Shown here piece by piece: positions 50,801 to 64,000 of a stretch of 64,000 nt of DNA (positions within the stretch are counted from its first letter, which is position 1; every line of letters starts with the position of its first letter). A model generated the notes under the pieces. That model saw only the letters and a list, made by a program, of their open reading frames with translations, did no database searches and had not been told where the DNA came from. Position numbers and translations under genes: made by a program. The DNA is from Botryllus schlosseri (Eukaryota): contig CM119372.1 of NCBI GenBank assembly GCA_051294905.1, positions 20,152,001 to 20,216,000 of the forward strand, given 5' to 3'.

Positions 50801-53800
50801 AAACTGTTAGTTAATAGAAGAAGTAGGCAAAAACACAACCACTCGAGTAAGCAGCGCGAGCAGGCAAACCCTAGGTCACTCCGAAAAAGTAGAAGTAGGT
50901 TACTTCATGACCGACCAGGCCGCGTCGTACCTGGCTCTCCTGGATATGCTCCAGTGCATGTACGCGATATATTTCTTTTTCTCTGCAATCTCGTAGTTGT
51001 CGTGCCTGATCTGAAACACGGCATCCGATGTGTCTTCCGTAGAATCTGTACACGGACGTGACATTTATTAGTAAAGATCCGGCAACAGCACGTAATGCAC
51101 ACGCCAGCTCACCTTCGCCGTCCACTTTTTCGGGAGCGTCGGGTATTTCTAAAATCTTCCAGCTGCGATAAAAAATGTGGGCGTTAGCCAAATTTCGACG
51201 TGAATGCAAACGCTCCTTACCTTGGAGTCTGAATTTCTTTGTAAACCAACTTCTCGATTCGGGACGAATTCAAACCGTGCGGAATGAAGACGTTGTTGAT
51301 ATCAAACGCCTGTTCCGCGACTTTCTTTCGTTTTAAGTGCGTCTACAGAAGAAAAGGTGGTTTTAATGTGACATACCATCAGACGTGGTCAAGTATTAAG
51401 AGTTTCTATTCAAGGGGAAGTGACGCAGCAAATTCCTACTCGAACACAAGTAGCAATTTCAAAGACAGCAGAGTACAAAATTACCTGATTCAAAATTTCT
51501 GAAGTTGGCGTGCTGGCGCCACTGCAAGATCCCAAAGAGGACTGATGATAATTCAAGCCGCCGCCGGCTTGAAAGTTGATTTCGGAATCCAGCGAGGTGA
51601 AAGTTTTCTTCCGGCTCAAAGGCTCCGACAATTGGGAAGTGAGCTTCCTGCGTTTGCCCTCGACAGGCTCTTCCAAATGATTACCATGCGACAATCTGCA
51701 AATATTGAGGTTGGGATTATTTTATTGACACAAGAACAGAGAACTTCGATCCAAGCGATTAAATAGTCATTTCCCATTAGACAAGAGCAAGTCTGCTCAG
51801 ACGCCCCCTTTGGCCGATGTTCTTTTACAGTCACGCAAGTGATGAGCATCATTTTGTAGGCATGACTAATATCAGCATATAGGGCACCAAGAATATTCTA
51901 TGCAAAAATTCAATTATAATCTTCAAAGTATTTTACAGAAAGCACGCCTAATACTGGTATATGGCATCCGACATGTCAACGCAACTACAAGTGGGAAACA
52001 TTATATACCAGTGGCTCCCCAAGGAGGCGATATTGCCCCCTTGAGGAAGATTTTGAGAAAGAAGGTGGCGAAAATATCGAATGGGTCGCTGTGGGGCAAA
52101 AATATTGGAACGTTCAGTCAATTTCATTTATAAAAGCAACTCATTACTGGACTCATTCCAGCACAGGAAAGGTGAAAGGAAGGTTGGGGACCACTGCTCT
52201 ATGTTGTACAATAATACAATGGCCGAATTTCACTAGTCAAGCATGTTCGTGACATACCCGTGTAATAGCTTCTTGCGCGATTGTCGCTTCAATTTATTTT
52301 TCTCCCTTTTCCTTCGTTTCCGACTAAGAATGCAACGGGAAGAGTTTAATCGAAAATCGAGGCGAGAAAAATTCACAAGAAAGTAGGATTTACCCGGACG
52401 TCGACTTTTTCGACCAATTGTGTTTCGACTTCATTACCGCTCTGATCGACACCGAAAGGGGTAAGTCTAAAATGAAAAGTTGCAACGGGTTAGCGACACA
52501 ACAACGTACCCGCAACAATTACAAGCAGAGGTGGTCAATGTTGCATTGTTCCTCATGCAGAAGTAACGCCATAAATTCCTAGTGATTTCAAGACATACCA
52601 GATCTGATTCAATTGGAAGCAGAAAACGAAAGGCTTGAAAATTATGTAAGTAGTTTCAAAAACAGACTTGGTTAATTAGTTTTGAAATTGTAGGGTGCAT
52701 CTTCGCGATATACACAATATGTAACTACAAACAGATGCAATCTTCAAAAAGTAAACCAGTTACTGAGAGCGACATAGGGACTTGGACTATTTCATGCGGT
52801 TCTTATCACAACTTCCCTTGTTAAAGTAACGGTAACTCATCACAACTAATTTCTATTTTGCACATCACAAGGAGTAAAAAGTAATTAGTTTCGTCTGTAA
52901 GACAGTCCAGTATAAGTAGCATAAAAACATAACTACTCGAGTGATGCAACATGGCAAAACCGACTTGAGCACTCTGAAATACTTTTGTTCCGGTCCAAAT
53001 CTGATTACAAGTTGATAGAACAAAGAGCTCAATGGGTAAACGGCCAGTTTCGCTGAAAATGCCAAAATAAGAATACGCATCTCCTTCACCTTGCAAAGAA
53101 GATATCGCCGCATGATACGAATGATCGTGCGCCGCGGCTTTCAGGACAAGCGACGAGAACGATTCGTTGCGTGGCAGCCCACATGACCGCCGCCCGAGGC
53201 ACGCGATGGAGCTGTCGTTAGGCACCGTCGGAGGATTAAGACACTGGAACAGAAACGTAGGATCGAGTGTTCAGCAAGACCAGAGACTGCGACGCAGGTC
53301 AACCGTGAATTCGGCACATGGTGGTTTAGATATCAGGAATGTAATAAACATTATTATTATGCAAGCGATGTATCAACATGGTGCTAATAAATTTGAAAAT
53401 GAATGTTTTAGTGAACGAGGTTTATTTATGATACAAGGGATTTGGGGAATTAGGCATTTGGTATGTATTTATTCATGTATTCGAGTTAAGGGACCGCCAA
53501 GCACTGAATTGTAACCGTGACGCGAGTACATACTTTATCGAGCTTGAAAGCCATTTCCTGGAGACGGACAAGCCTCCGCGTCTTGAATGCCGTCAAGTCG
53601 AGCGGGGTCGTTCGCGCGCATGCGTCCGACGCTTCGGAAGTCGGTACGGCGCTACCGTGTGCAGCGACGACTTCGGGTGCACTGGGTTCGCTGTGGGAAT
53701 ACAAAGAGCATGAACAATAGAGATATCGAAGGGTTCGTTTCGAAAATCACCTCGTCTCCATATCTTCCTGTAACGGCGAAGGACAACCGCCGGAAACCGG

Positions 53801-56800
53801 TGACAGCTTATCCATCAGCCTAAGAAATGCAGAGTATAAGCAACGCGTCCCACAAATACTTAATTACAGGTAGAAGAAGCATTGTCAACAACAGGACAAA
53901 ACTACTCCAAATAGAAATAGAAAATACTGGAGTAGTTTCAAAAATTAGATTCGCTCAAGGGGTCGCATACTTTCAGCAGTTGATTGCAGGTGGCCTGGTT
54001 ACTCTCGGAATTATTCAGAAACACGTGGGCTCTTTTACCCAATGCCAATTTCATCACAAGTGGTACAAGCATATCATAAAACAACTTTCTACTTCACAAT
54101 ACAACTAGGCAATGTCTCATAATACGCAATTACCTGGACGCTTGATGATTCACGTTATGCAGCATATGATTGACGCTGTACGGCGACTGCGGCGAACAAC
54201 TCTGCGTTTTCACGTTGTTGGAAGCAGACGCTTCAGCCTTTATCGCAAGATTCGAGTCGATCAAACTTTGCACGGACAGAAGAAATAAATCAGCGACTTA
54301 CCGCATTATGAGAATCGGTATTGCAGTCTAGGATATTCTTAGTCGTGGCAGGTTTCAGATGCACCATACCCTGTTCGGAAGAACATATTCTTGAAACTAC
54401 CAATCCGAAAAACGTCATTATTTCCATACCTTGTTGGCACGCAGCTGACTATACAATTCGCCTTGGTGTCGAATGTCAAACTCCACGCTGGATATTCTGG
54501 ATTGCAACCACGTCCACTTGCGGGAAATCTCGGCCCGCTCGGCGACCCAACGACAGAATGATTTTCGATACCTGACGGCAAAGTTCAGCAAATTGAAGAA
54601 AAAAAACAGAAGTGTTAACAGCCGGCTGAGAGAATACCTTGTTATTCTTGGTTTTGGATTGCCTTTGCTGGATTTCGTCATTTTTCGAGATCGGTCCTCA
54701 AAAGCCACGTCCAGGTCTTCGTCAGAGCTGCTTTCCGTAAGGTCGGGATCGCAGCACGATTGAACATACCTCAATTCTTTCTTCATGACACCTTTGGGAC
54801 AGTGGAAAAATAAATCTAAGTCTCGAAGATATGTGGGCCTGTGGACATATGAGCATGCGACACTTTAGCACGTGGGTTAACGTTAGGGTTAGGATAAGAG
54901 TTAATTTATGGGTTAAAGAGAGTTTTGGGGTTTGCTTAAACGCCATGTTTTATTGTGCCGCATGCTCAAATGTCAGGCAAACGTAGAGAAGATCCTGGAA
55001 TGAAAGCGAAAACACTTACCAGCATTAGACCGCATTTCTTGACGAAACTTCGCCACCGGCACACTGCTACTATCCAATCTCGCAAAGTGCTTAACAGGAT
55101 CAGGCTCGATAATCGAGTTTTCGATTTCGACCGAGCCTTTTCGGTCCGAGTCCGATCTCGAAACCCTAACCGACGCAGCGTCTTCTCGGTCAGTCTCCAG
55201 TTTAACGGAGTCCCGACAATCGACGTGGTCACGGAAGGTATGCTTGGCCCACGTCTGTGGTGCGTTTTCCAGCACCCTCTGCCAAAACTCGGCGGGAGAG
55301 TTCGTATCGACATCGACCTCGTCTACGGCGCGACTCTCCCAGTCTTGTCGGGGCAGACAGCGTGCCACGTCCGTCAATTCCTTTTGGACGTGGCCGCTGG
55401 CGCCCTTCGACCGGAGCATGAGCAGATTTCTCTTCAACAGCCCCAGCCGATGCTCGAGCATGCCGGCACAGTGAGTCACATGATCAATCTTAGCAGAAAC
55501 GCGAGCCTCCTGCTCTGTGGTCGAGTCACTACCATCGTTCGGCATACGTTGTTCAACATCGGTATTCACAGTGTGGTTTGAATCAGTCGCTACCAATTCC
55601 TTAGTCACGCCGTCAAAATGTAAAGGAAATGCTGCCCCTTTCAGGGAGGCGGCCAGTTCTTGAAGCGTGTTGGTTACATTGTCGGACATGCTCATTCCGG
55701 AGAGGGCGCCGGGCAGAATCCCTGAGTCTAAAAACACATGTTTAGGCGCGACCCGGTCATCACAACGACTGTCGCCACTGTCCGGCAGCTGTTCAATATT
55801 TTCACTAGTCGAAGGCGTGACCGGACCGCAATCAACACAAGTCGGAGAGGTGGCAGATTTAGAACAGTCGTGTTCTACTTCCATGGCAAGAACAGGCTCG
55901 GTTTCAAGGGAATCGCAAATTTTGGAATGCTCGTCAATGTGTGATACAGAATTCATCGGTGTCAGTCTCTCTAGGTCACCAGAGAGCTTTATTGGCAGTG
56001 AAGTACCACTATCAGATATTTTGTTTGATTCGGAATCGGCGTTGTCACATACAGATTCCACCAGTTCGGTGAGCACCGTCCCGGCGTGCCCATTCGGCGC
56101 AGTCAGAGAGATGTCACTATTTTCCGACCCCTTCAATTCCAGATGGCCATTACACTTCGCAGGCGATTCCAGCATCTCCTTATTCTCTCCGTTTTCGCAT
56201 CGAGAAATCAGACAGTTGCTTTCCGAGATATCGACAACATCCCCGTTCTTAGACAACGCCGACTTGTTTACGTACGGCTGCGACGCAGGCAGGCTGTTGC
56301 TTTCCTGAAGGATTCCGCCGATAAAGGACTTCTTGCGATTGCCCCAACCGTTGTAGTCGGCGATGTGGCCGATCACGGAATCGCCTTGGCCGATTTGGAG
56401 CGACGGCATTATATTTTGCGGTAGAGCTTCTTTCAGCCCGGTCAAAACGCATGTATCGCGTTTGGATTCTGAAAATGAGAAGTAGAAAGCTGGCGATTGA
56501 ACTAAAGGTCTCAGGTCCATGTTTAGAATTCACAAGATAGATCAGATCGTTATTGAAAACGATAAAAACTTCCGATGTGCACCTCACTCAGTTATAAAGA
56601 CTTTGAGTGAATTCATGATAACACAAGAGTTAGTAGTGAAAGTTGAACAATATTCAGTTCAAGCTTGTAATTGCGCCAAGCGATGCATTCACAATATTGT
56701 CAAATGTGGTCGACAACTTGAAGTTGGCACACAGGTTCAAGTCAAAGTAGCAATTTCCAATACATGCCTAAACTATTTTAAGTAGAAGTAGAAAAAAAGG

Positions 56801-58136
56801 TATGAATAGTAAGTGAAAAAAGTAAGTAGTTTTGCGTCAAAAATTATCAAGTAGAAGAGAAAGTAGTCTAAAATCCTAGAACAGTCCAAGTATAATCAAT
56901 ATAGTGAAATGGTAATCAAAACGAGCCAAATCCTACTATGATTTCGGGTAGTACGCAGCAGGATAAGAAATTGAACAGTTGGATAGTAAGTGTATACAAT
57001 CATCTTCATTAATTATCACAAGAGTGAAGTAGGACTCGAGAGCCACAATCACCTTTCACATTCAAGTTATTTACATCCGATACCACTTAGATGCCCAAAA
57101 TACTAAATGAATTGTAATTAGGCCTATATAATCATAGTGCAGAAGAGATAAGATTAATCTGTTCTAATGGAACATCAATAGTGGAGCAATAAGAAAACAA
57201 ATGTCCACAAAGAACGGTATGAATACGGGTCAGATTAAGCAGGACAAATACTATCAGCTTCAGCATCAGCAGTGAACCAACAATGTGTCAGAGGCTTGCA
57301 TGACACAAGCAATCATCGGCGACCTACCGATTCTGACACGCTTGCCGGTTCAGCGCACGTCCCATATAAACATTGATCGCCGATGATAACAAACTTAAAG
57401 CGACCTATGCAAACGCCGCCAACCGGGTGAAAGTCGATCACGTAGAAGCTGCAAACCACAAGCGCATCGCGTCGCCATTCATAATGACGCGCGCATGCGA
57501 TTAGAAAAACCCGCCGCTGTCGGTTTACACTTTCTTACAGCCGGAAATCTTTGATTAGTAACGCGGTCGCAAAGCGCTATCATCGATGTCGTTATGAAGC
57601 GCGCGAACAGCGCTTCAAGTAGTTGCAGTTGTGATTCGTTTCAATCATTATTACCATCAATTCAAAACACCACAAAACTGCGATAAGATGAAGAGATGGG
57701 AAGGTGTCGAAACGCCTAGGCCAAATACATATCGATATGAGTTACGTATACCGAACGAAAAGCAACGGAAGATAACGATGTTGATATGTCAGATCGTGTT
57801 CTGGTAATCTCGAGCTAAGACTAGTTAAACACACGAACCTTGAATATGTTCGCTGAAAGCGATTGACGGAGCTCCGCCGTCAGCCGCGTCGATTGATCCT
57901 TCTCTAGCGGTGCTTAGCGAATAATTATCTCCTGCTTCAACTTCGCGCGCCTTGCCGTTCACCTTCGCCGGAAAGAAAGACCGTAATTAGGTCAAGCGCC
58001 GATGACGCAACGCACGCCGCGAACAGACCTTTCTGCACGGCAACGGACTGCCGGCCTGGTTCGCTTCTGCGTCTTCGTTCGCCAAGTCTGTAGATTGGTG
58101 GTTGCAAGACTGAAGAGCCGGGGCCATTCCACCATC
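47816..58136 (-). CDS. KANSL1: KAT8 regulatory NSL complex subunit 1
   Basis: Exon 58136-58029 starts MVGMAPAL (KANSL1 begins MAAMAPAL). Then 57962-57839, 56468-55019, DPDLTESSSDE, RWVAERAEISRKWTWLQSRISSVEFDIR..LRANK, CARTTPL..RRLVR, FDINNVFIP..YKEIQTP|SWK (PEHE region), and a last exon 48090-47816. Some internal exon boundaries are approximate. Confidence 0.9.
50314..50552. mobile_element. Degenerate GACTCGAGTC MITE in a KANSL1 intron
   Basis: CAGAGTAGTAATGACTCGAGTC..TTGGTTACAACCCTG resembles the ends of 60451-61025. Confidence 0.6.
52009..52196. mobile_element. Short hAT MITE in a KANSL1 intron
   Basis: CAGTGGCTCCCCAA / TTGGGGACCACTG termini. Confidence 0.65.
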
Positions 58137-60450
58137 AGCGGATCTGTCCATCCGTCATTGTCCAGACGAGAGAACTGACCGGGAACTTGCGAGTCAAGGG
58201 TGTCACGTGATCAACGGGGCGCTGAAGTGACGAAGGTCTCGGGCATCGTAGCTCGCGCGCCTGTGACGGGAGCATGCTACTTGGAACTACATCACGGAGT
58301 GAGGCTTCATCGCCGTACAATTGGGCATAAATAGTGCTCGAGGAAGAATCGAGAATTAGTTGCAATGGTTATTGGTTAGTATACACCCCTTTACACTACT
58401 TTATTGTGTAGCGAGTTATATAACCAACGAGAATTAGTTTCGATACTTTGCTCCCGCCGTGAAACCTCGATTGGTCGGACGTAGTATACAAAACATGTTG
58501 CACATAGCCACGTCAGTCGAAATGACATTTCTGTCACGTCTCACACAATCCACAACATTGTCAACGCAGTTGCAATATAGTAGGTGTGGTCTAAATTTTT
58601 ATATATCCTCTTTAATGTGATTTAGAACTGGCTAAACTTTCTGTAAGGCCACACAAAAAGTACATATTTTGAACTTTCCACGCCATCCATACCGTTATGA
58701 CGTCTCGAACGAGTAACGCTGGATTCAGAATCGAATAACTCACACATTCGCTCAGCCCTACTGAGCAATTCGGCAACGTGGCTTCCAGACTAATAACTCT
58801 CGGAAGCGACGTGAATTTCAACGTATGGCGCAATAAAAGCATGCCGACCTTCTGTCCATCACACGACTACGATACGGCAACGTCGAATCGGTACCCGCTA
58901 TAGCGTGAAAGTGATGAGGCGTGTGGACAATGAGTTGACATTTGTCAGCATTACGTAACGCCTGCATTTGACCATTTCCCACCGTTGATGAAGGAAACGT
59001 ACGCCGAAATTATCAGCGTCTCATTTTCGACAGTTTGACAGCATTTTGCGGCAAAATCTGTCGCGTCAGCTAGTTAACCCGTGTATCTCGCTAATTCATA
59101 CTTACTCCCAGCGCGTACAAGAGCAAGAGACCAGCACATAGATCGGGCAGCGCTTCGAAATATCAGTAATATCCTAATAAAGAAGCTGCGGTAAGCCGCG
59201 TATTTGTCGTCAGGCAAAAGCATACAGGCACTCCTTGTTGTTACGTCAGGGTAGTAAACCCAGTTAACTCGTAGCTTTAACTATGCCACCTAAACAGGAA
59301 TCCCACTTATTGCACAAAGGAGGTTCTGAACGACAATGCTTGCCGATGAAACGATAAATAAACATCTTGAATATACATGATCAATTCGTGGTTTCATGGT
59401 GCTTCTGAATCTTCTTAGGGGACTTTGTCATTCCTTCTAATCCTGCAATATAATACCATCTGCGCTCTGAAATCGACGTCTGTGACGACACCCACATTAC
59501 GACTCATCAGGATTGCCTGACAATAAACTACTCATGTACTTACGGGGAAATGGAGGCATGCTATCAGCTTAGAAAATAATGTAATTGAACAAAAACAAAT
59601 ACTAAACAAGGCTCGAAAAATATGTCTTCACGAAGTCTCATTATGGAAAACAACACAATTGAGTCAGAAAACAGGTTTGCCCACCCCATTCTCGCAAAAT
59701 CAGTAACACAGATAAATCTAGTTAGAGACATTACAAGGTTATACAACGGAAAACGTGCAACACAGCAAAATAGTTGGAATATATGCCACTCAAACAATGC
59801 CACTGTAGCAAATTTATTCAAAGTCGGGGTGGTGGAAAACTTCGAGCAATGTCAGAGACATGATGAATGACTTCCTGTTCCCAGTATAAACGATGAGCAT
59901 GACCACTGAACACAAATAACTGATAACTCCCCAGGCTTCTCGTTGACAGGCATTTCTGCTCCAGCTTTACTTCCATTTGCAAACTGCACATCTCCAGGGC
60001 TGTCTTGCACCTCCTCGTTGCTTGTGATATCTAGTTGTCCTAATTCAATAGTGCTCACAATATCGCACCACCGCATCACACTCTTTGCAATTAGAGAGAA
60101 CATTTTATCGATAAATGCTACTCCATAGTCGCCAAAATACAAACTGCATGGTATCTTCGAAACCACGTTTCACCAAAATCCTACTCTGTATTATGCAATT
60201 GCTCCACAACTACAGAAGAGGACAAGAAACAATCCTTCAAACACAGCCTTGTCAATTGCTGCAATTTCAATATTGATCAGTGTTCAGACTAACTAATAAA
60301 ATTATCCGTCTTCGGACTTTGTAAGATGCAATCATTGCATCCTCAAAGGAGATGAAGCAACCAAACGACAACTGAGTACAAGCTGACATAGATGCAAGTC
60401 GTAATAGAATTCCTTCTGCAACTGAGGCGTGTGTGCACATTACTAACATG

Positions 60451-61025
60451 CAGGGTTGTAATGACTCGAGTCATGACTCGACTCGAGTCATGATTTTCTG
60501 ATGACTCGACTTGAATCATTTTCTCAAAATACGGAAATGACTCGACTCGAGTCAATCTGTGTATTGACTCGACTTGGACTCGAGTCATTGCGCATGACTC
60601 GGGCCAAGTCATATGACTCGAGACGCAGACGGCCAAGACCAACATATCATTGTAATTTCGAAGAATAGTTAAGTAACCACACTATTGGGATTTCGTCTAT
60701 TGGTACTGGTACTTGAAAATGCGACCAGAAACTGCTAAAAGTGATGAAAATTACTATATTATAAAAGCAAACCATTCGATATCACCAAACAGAGTTATAA
60801 AAGGTGGGTTTAATAAGACATTAACATGAAACTGGGCAGTCAACACAATGACTTGGACTCGACTCGAGTCATTATACCGTGACTCGGACTCGACCCTCTT
60901 TTCGCTGACTTGGACTCGGACTAGACTCGGTGGTGAATTGAAAATGACTCGACTTGACTCGAGTCAAAACTATGAAACTGAGATTGACTTGTGACTCGGT
61001 GCCATGTGACTTGGTAACAATCCTG
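60451..61025. mobile_element. hAT MITE with GACTCGA subterminal repeats
   Basis: CAGGGTTGT / ACAATCCTG termini; perfect TSD CTAACATG. Confidence 0.88.
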
Positions 61026-61966
61026 CTAACATGAAACACCGAGTGTCAAGTTGAAATCCCATTACTTATTAGAGATAAAGAGCTATGTTAGAAAAGAGAC
61101 AGAACAGTGAGAATACCATCTGAAAGCGAGTTTCATCATAAATATATTTCAGTGGTTTTGGAAAAGAGCTCTAATTTGTGAAGCTATATGTCCACTCTGA
61201 AAGAATACACCATGAACGCTCATTCACAAAGTTACCACTGGCATGTTTGTTGCAGTTTCAATTCGAATAACATCAGATTCATTGATTCATTCATATTCAA
61301 AGGTGCATAAAATCGAACACCATCAATCCAATACCTTATATTAATATATTATGTTGGAATATAATTAATTATTTCAAGTTAACAAGCCGGGATAAGCAAA
61401 AATTCACCACCAGTTGAGATGAAAATTCCCCACACGATATTTTTTTGACAATATCATTACCCCAATATCCACAATCATGTTTTTTAGACCATCTCTTTTT
61501 CCGAAAATTCCTCTCTGTCAAGAGCGACAGTATAGCAAACAGTATGTAAGAATTAACTTTCATATTAGCAGCATTGAGCATGAAAGGCTAATTAAGAGTC
61601 AACTTATTTCATAACGCATCACTGCTCAAGACCAATGAACAAGGCTTCAAATTAGGCCTACATTCACAATCACAGGAGTAAAGGAAATCATCAAGAGCTT
61701 TTAAAAAATCACAACATCCACTATCATGTGGAATAAAAATTTAACCTGGAGATAGCCGATTTACAATTAATGTTGGTATGTATTAGTATATACCTCTCAC
61801 ATCATTCTAATTCTTGATTAGTGAAGAATTCTCTTTCAAGATAATTGATTGTTTTGCCAAGAATACCTCATGTGTGACAATATTTTTGCTTGCTAGAATA
61901 GTGTTATTTTGATTGCATTAAAAGGGGTAGAGCAAGTCACAAGTTGTGACAAATGATCACCTAATC

Positions 61967-62268
61967 CAGTGGTTCCCAACCTTTTTCAACCCATCGCCCC
62001 CTTTTCAAGCTTAACACCGATCATCGCCCCCCAAATTTTGTGTATCGAAAATTGGGCATACAAACTATAATCACCGGCGGGTTGACTAGAAAGAAAAAAG
62101 GTCAACTTTTCGGCCCGAAGCCTAATAATTTGACACTTTTGTAAATAAATTTCCGTGGGTTGACTAAAAAAAAAATCAGCTGTTTTGACGCGTCATTGCC
62201 CCCCTATCGCCCCCTTTGTCCATTTTCGTCCCCCTAGACCGCCAAATCGTCCACGTTGGGAACTACTG
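61967..62268. mobile_element. hAT MITE
   Basis: TIR CAGTGGTTCCCAAC / GTTGGGAACTACTG; perfect TSD ACCTAATC; ATCGCCCC motifs. Confidence 0.9.
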
Positions 62269-64000
62269 ACCTAATCTTATATCTTGAGAATTCAGGTGTT
62301 CAAGACACACCAATCAACTGGATAAAATGATGCATATGATAAAAACAGGCCATATTCTATAGATATGAACCTAAACCATTAAAGTTCTATGAATAAATAA
62401 TTATGACCGTGTCGATAACACTGTAGGAGCCTGTAGCGAAGTGGTCACAAGATAGCATAGATACCGTAACTTCGGCAAAATGTTACGACTGTAGTATATC
62501 ATGAAGTTACTACTTTTATTAATTTTTGTCTCCCTCCGCGTGAGCAAACCATACATGGATATTATAATTCTTTCGATCATTGTGGATAATTACTAACAAC
62601 GAAACACTTAATCATCCCACATTGTACGATTAGGCTACATTGAAGATTTCGCCTTTGACATGATTCAAGAATTTTGGTATATACCGAGCTGGGTTTCCAT
62701 ACTTGTTTGTGACACAGGCAATAGGAACACCATTCTCTATATAAAGCAAGCTTTTCTGCAACGTCAAGTTAAGATGGCTCTAGTGCGATTGAAAACAATA
62801 CCAAGTAGGACGATTTGGTTTTCAGTTTATGTGGCTTACCTCTCAGCAGCCACACATATCTTATATAACTGACAAGATTACAAAACGGGGAGTTGTTCTG
62901 AAACCCCCAGTTTATTGGATAAAAGGTACAGCAATTCCAACTGGGCTGAGGAGCCAAGACAGTGATTCCATGATAACGCATCTATTAATATATCATATGT
63001 ATACTTCTTATGTAATGGTTTGCAAAAAGAAAGGGGATCATGTAAACTTTCCATAAGAACATGCAATATGATGCAAGCTGCTAGGGATTCAGCCATTCTT
63101 ATGTCAGCGTTAAATAATTTCAATGAATGTGTCATGTAGACTAGCTCAGGAATATTAGGTTGGCAATCAATACATTTCCATATATATACACTACTTTTAG
63201 ATTGAAAATATATTCTTTACAAATGTCAAAGCAAGTGCCAGTCGTCAATTTTATCGATGCAACAATGTGATGCGTGATCCGCCATTGGCAAATAGCTTCA
63301 AGCTTCAGGGTGTTTCATCACAGACATGCGTAACTTAAAATCCAAAACAATAGCGCGTGTGTACCCTTCGATGACATGCACGCGTTCCCATAGTACGAGA
63401 CCACATGAAACGGTAGATTTGTTGACAAAGGCATTGCCACACAGCCGCGGATTTCATGATATTTTTCATTATATCAATTGTAGACAACAAATTTGGCGAC
63501 ATATCGGCGATACAGTCATAACATCACATTGCGAGATACGTGCCATGGGGAGCCCGTGACTTGACTACAACACAGCGATCACGTGATTACGGCAAGAGAG
63601 AGGCCACGTACCATAATGGCGGCAGACTACACCCTTCGTATAAAAGCAGCCTTAAAAACTTACCAAATGAAGTTGAATCGTTCTTTCTGTATTCCTCGTG
63701 TACTAATATCAATATCTCCACGAAAATAGTGCCCCGTATTTGAAATAACAGTGGAATTTGAGAAGCTTTCTAAGCAGCAGAAGTCGTATTTGTCAGGCGA
63801 GTCAACACGCACGATAACCGATGATTTTTTTGTTGATGCGGATGGTCGACTCTCGGCGCGCTATGTATTGCCTCCTCGTGACCGACCTTCTGCTCGTCGC
63901 TGATTGGTCAATATAATCTGCAGTTACAAAACATAATTTCACTCCCGCTCTGCGCCATTATATATGTGAATTTGGGTCAGCTTGCAGCGAAAGTATCGCT

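Noticed and set aside
54872..54915. TTAGGG-like repeats
   Set aside because: Only a few degenerate units inside an intron, typical of a small repeat remnant and not telomeric.
56469..56520. ATG at 56520 as the KANSL1 start
   Set aside because: It lies upstream of a strong acceptor (TTCTCATTTTCAG), and upstream exons supply the conserved MAPAL start.
59564..61581. Short minus-strand ORFs upstream of KANSL1
   Set aside because: No recognisable motifs or consistent exon chain. I cannot support a gene.

Overview
This is eukaryotic, invertebrate-type animal genomic DNA: AT-rich, with GT-AG introns and many MITEs. It is not prokaryotic, and the species cannot be determined from the sequence. Genes reconstructed by eye, left to right: the 5' part of NUP205 (minus strand, runs off the left edge) with an unrecognised 8-exon multi-pass membrane protein gene nested antisense in one intron; intronless PCSK7; KICS2/C12orf66 head-to-head with a short SAP30-family gene; ATP synthase subunit c; an ~11 kb tract made almost entirely of transposon pieces; a FUT10/11-family fucosyltransferase ending in RDEL, lying only 257 bp downstream of a single-exon glutaredoxin; a three-level nested hAT transposon stack; and KANSL1. 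Many non-autonomous hAT elements keep perfect 8-bp target-site duplications. Two tRNA-derived SINE copies and a THAP remnant are present. The best leads are the signal-peptide/RDEL FUT11 possibly co-transcribed with glutaredoxin, the nested orphan gene, the zinc-finger-less SAP30, and a foldback element built from two transposase 3' ends. Gene identities rest on recalled motif similarity, not database searches. Exon boundaries were read by hand.
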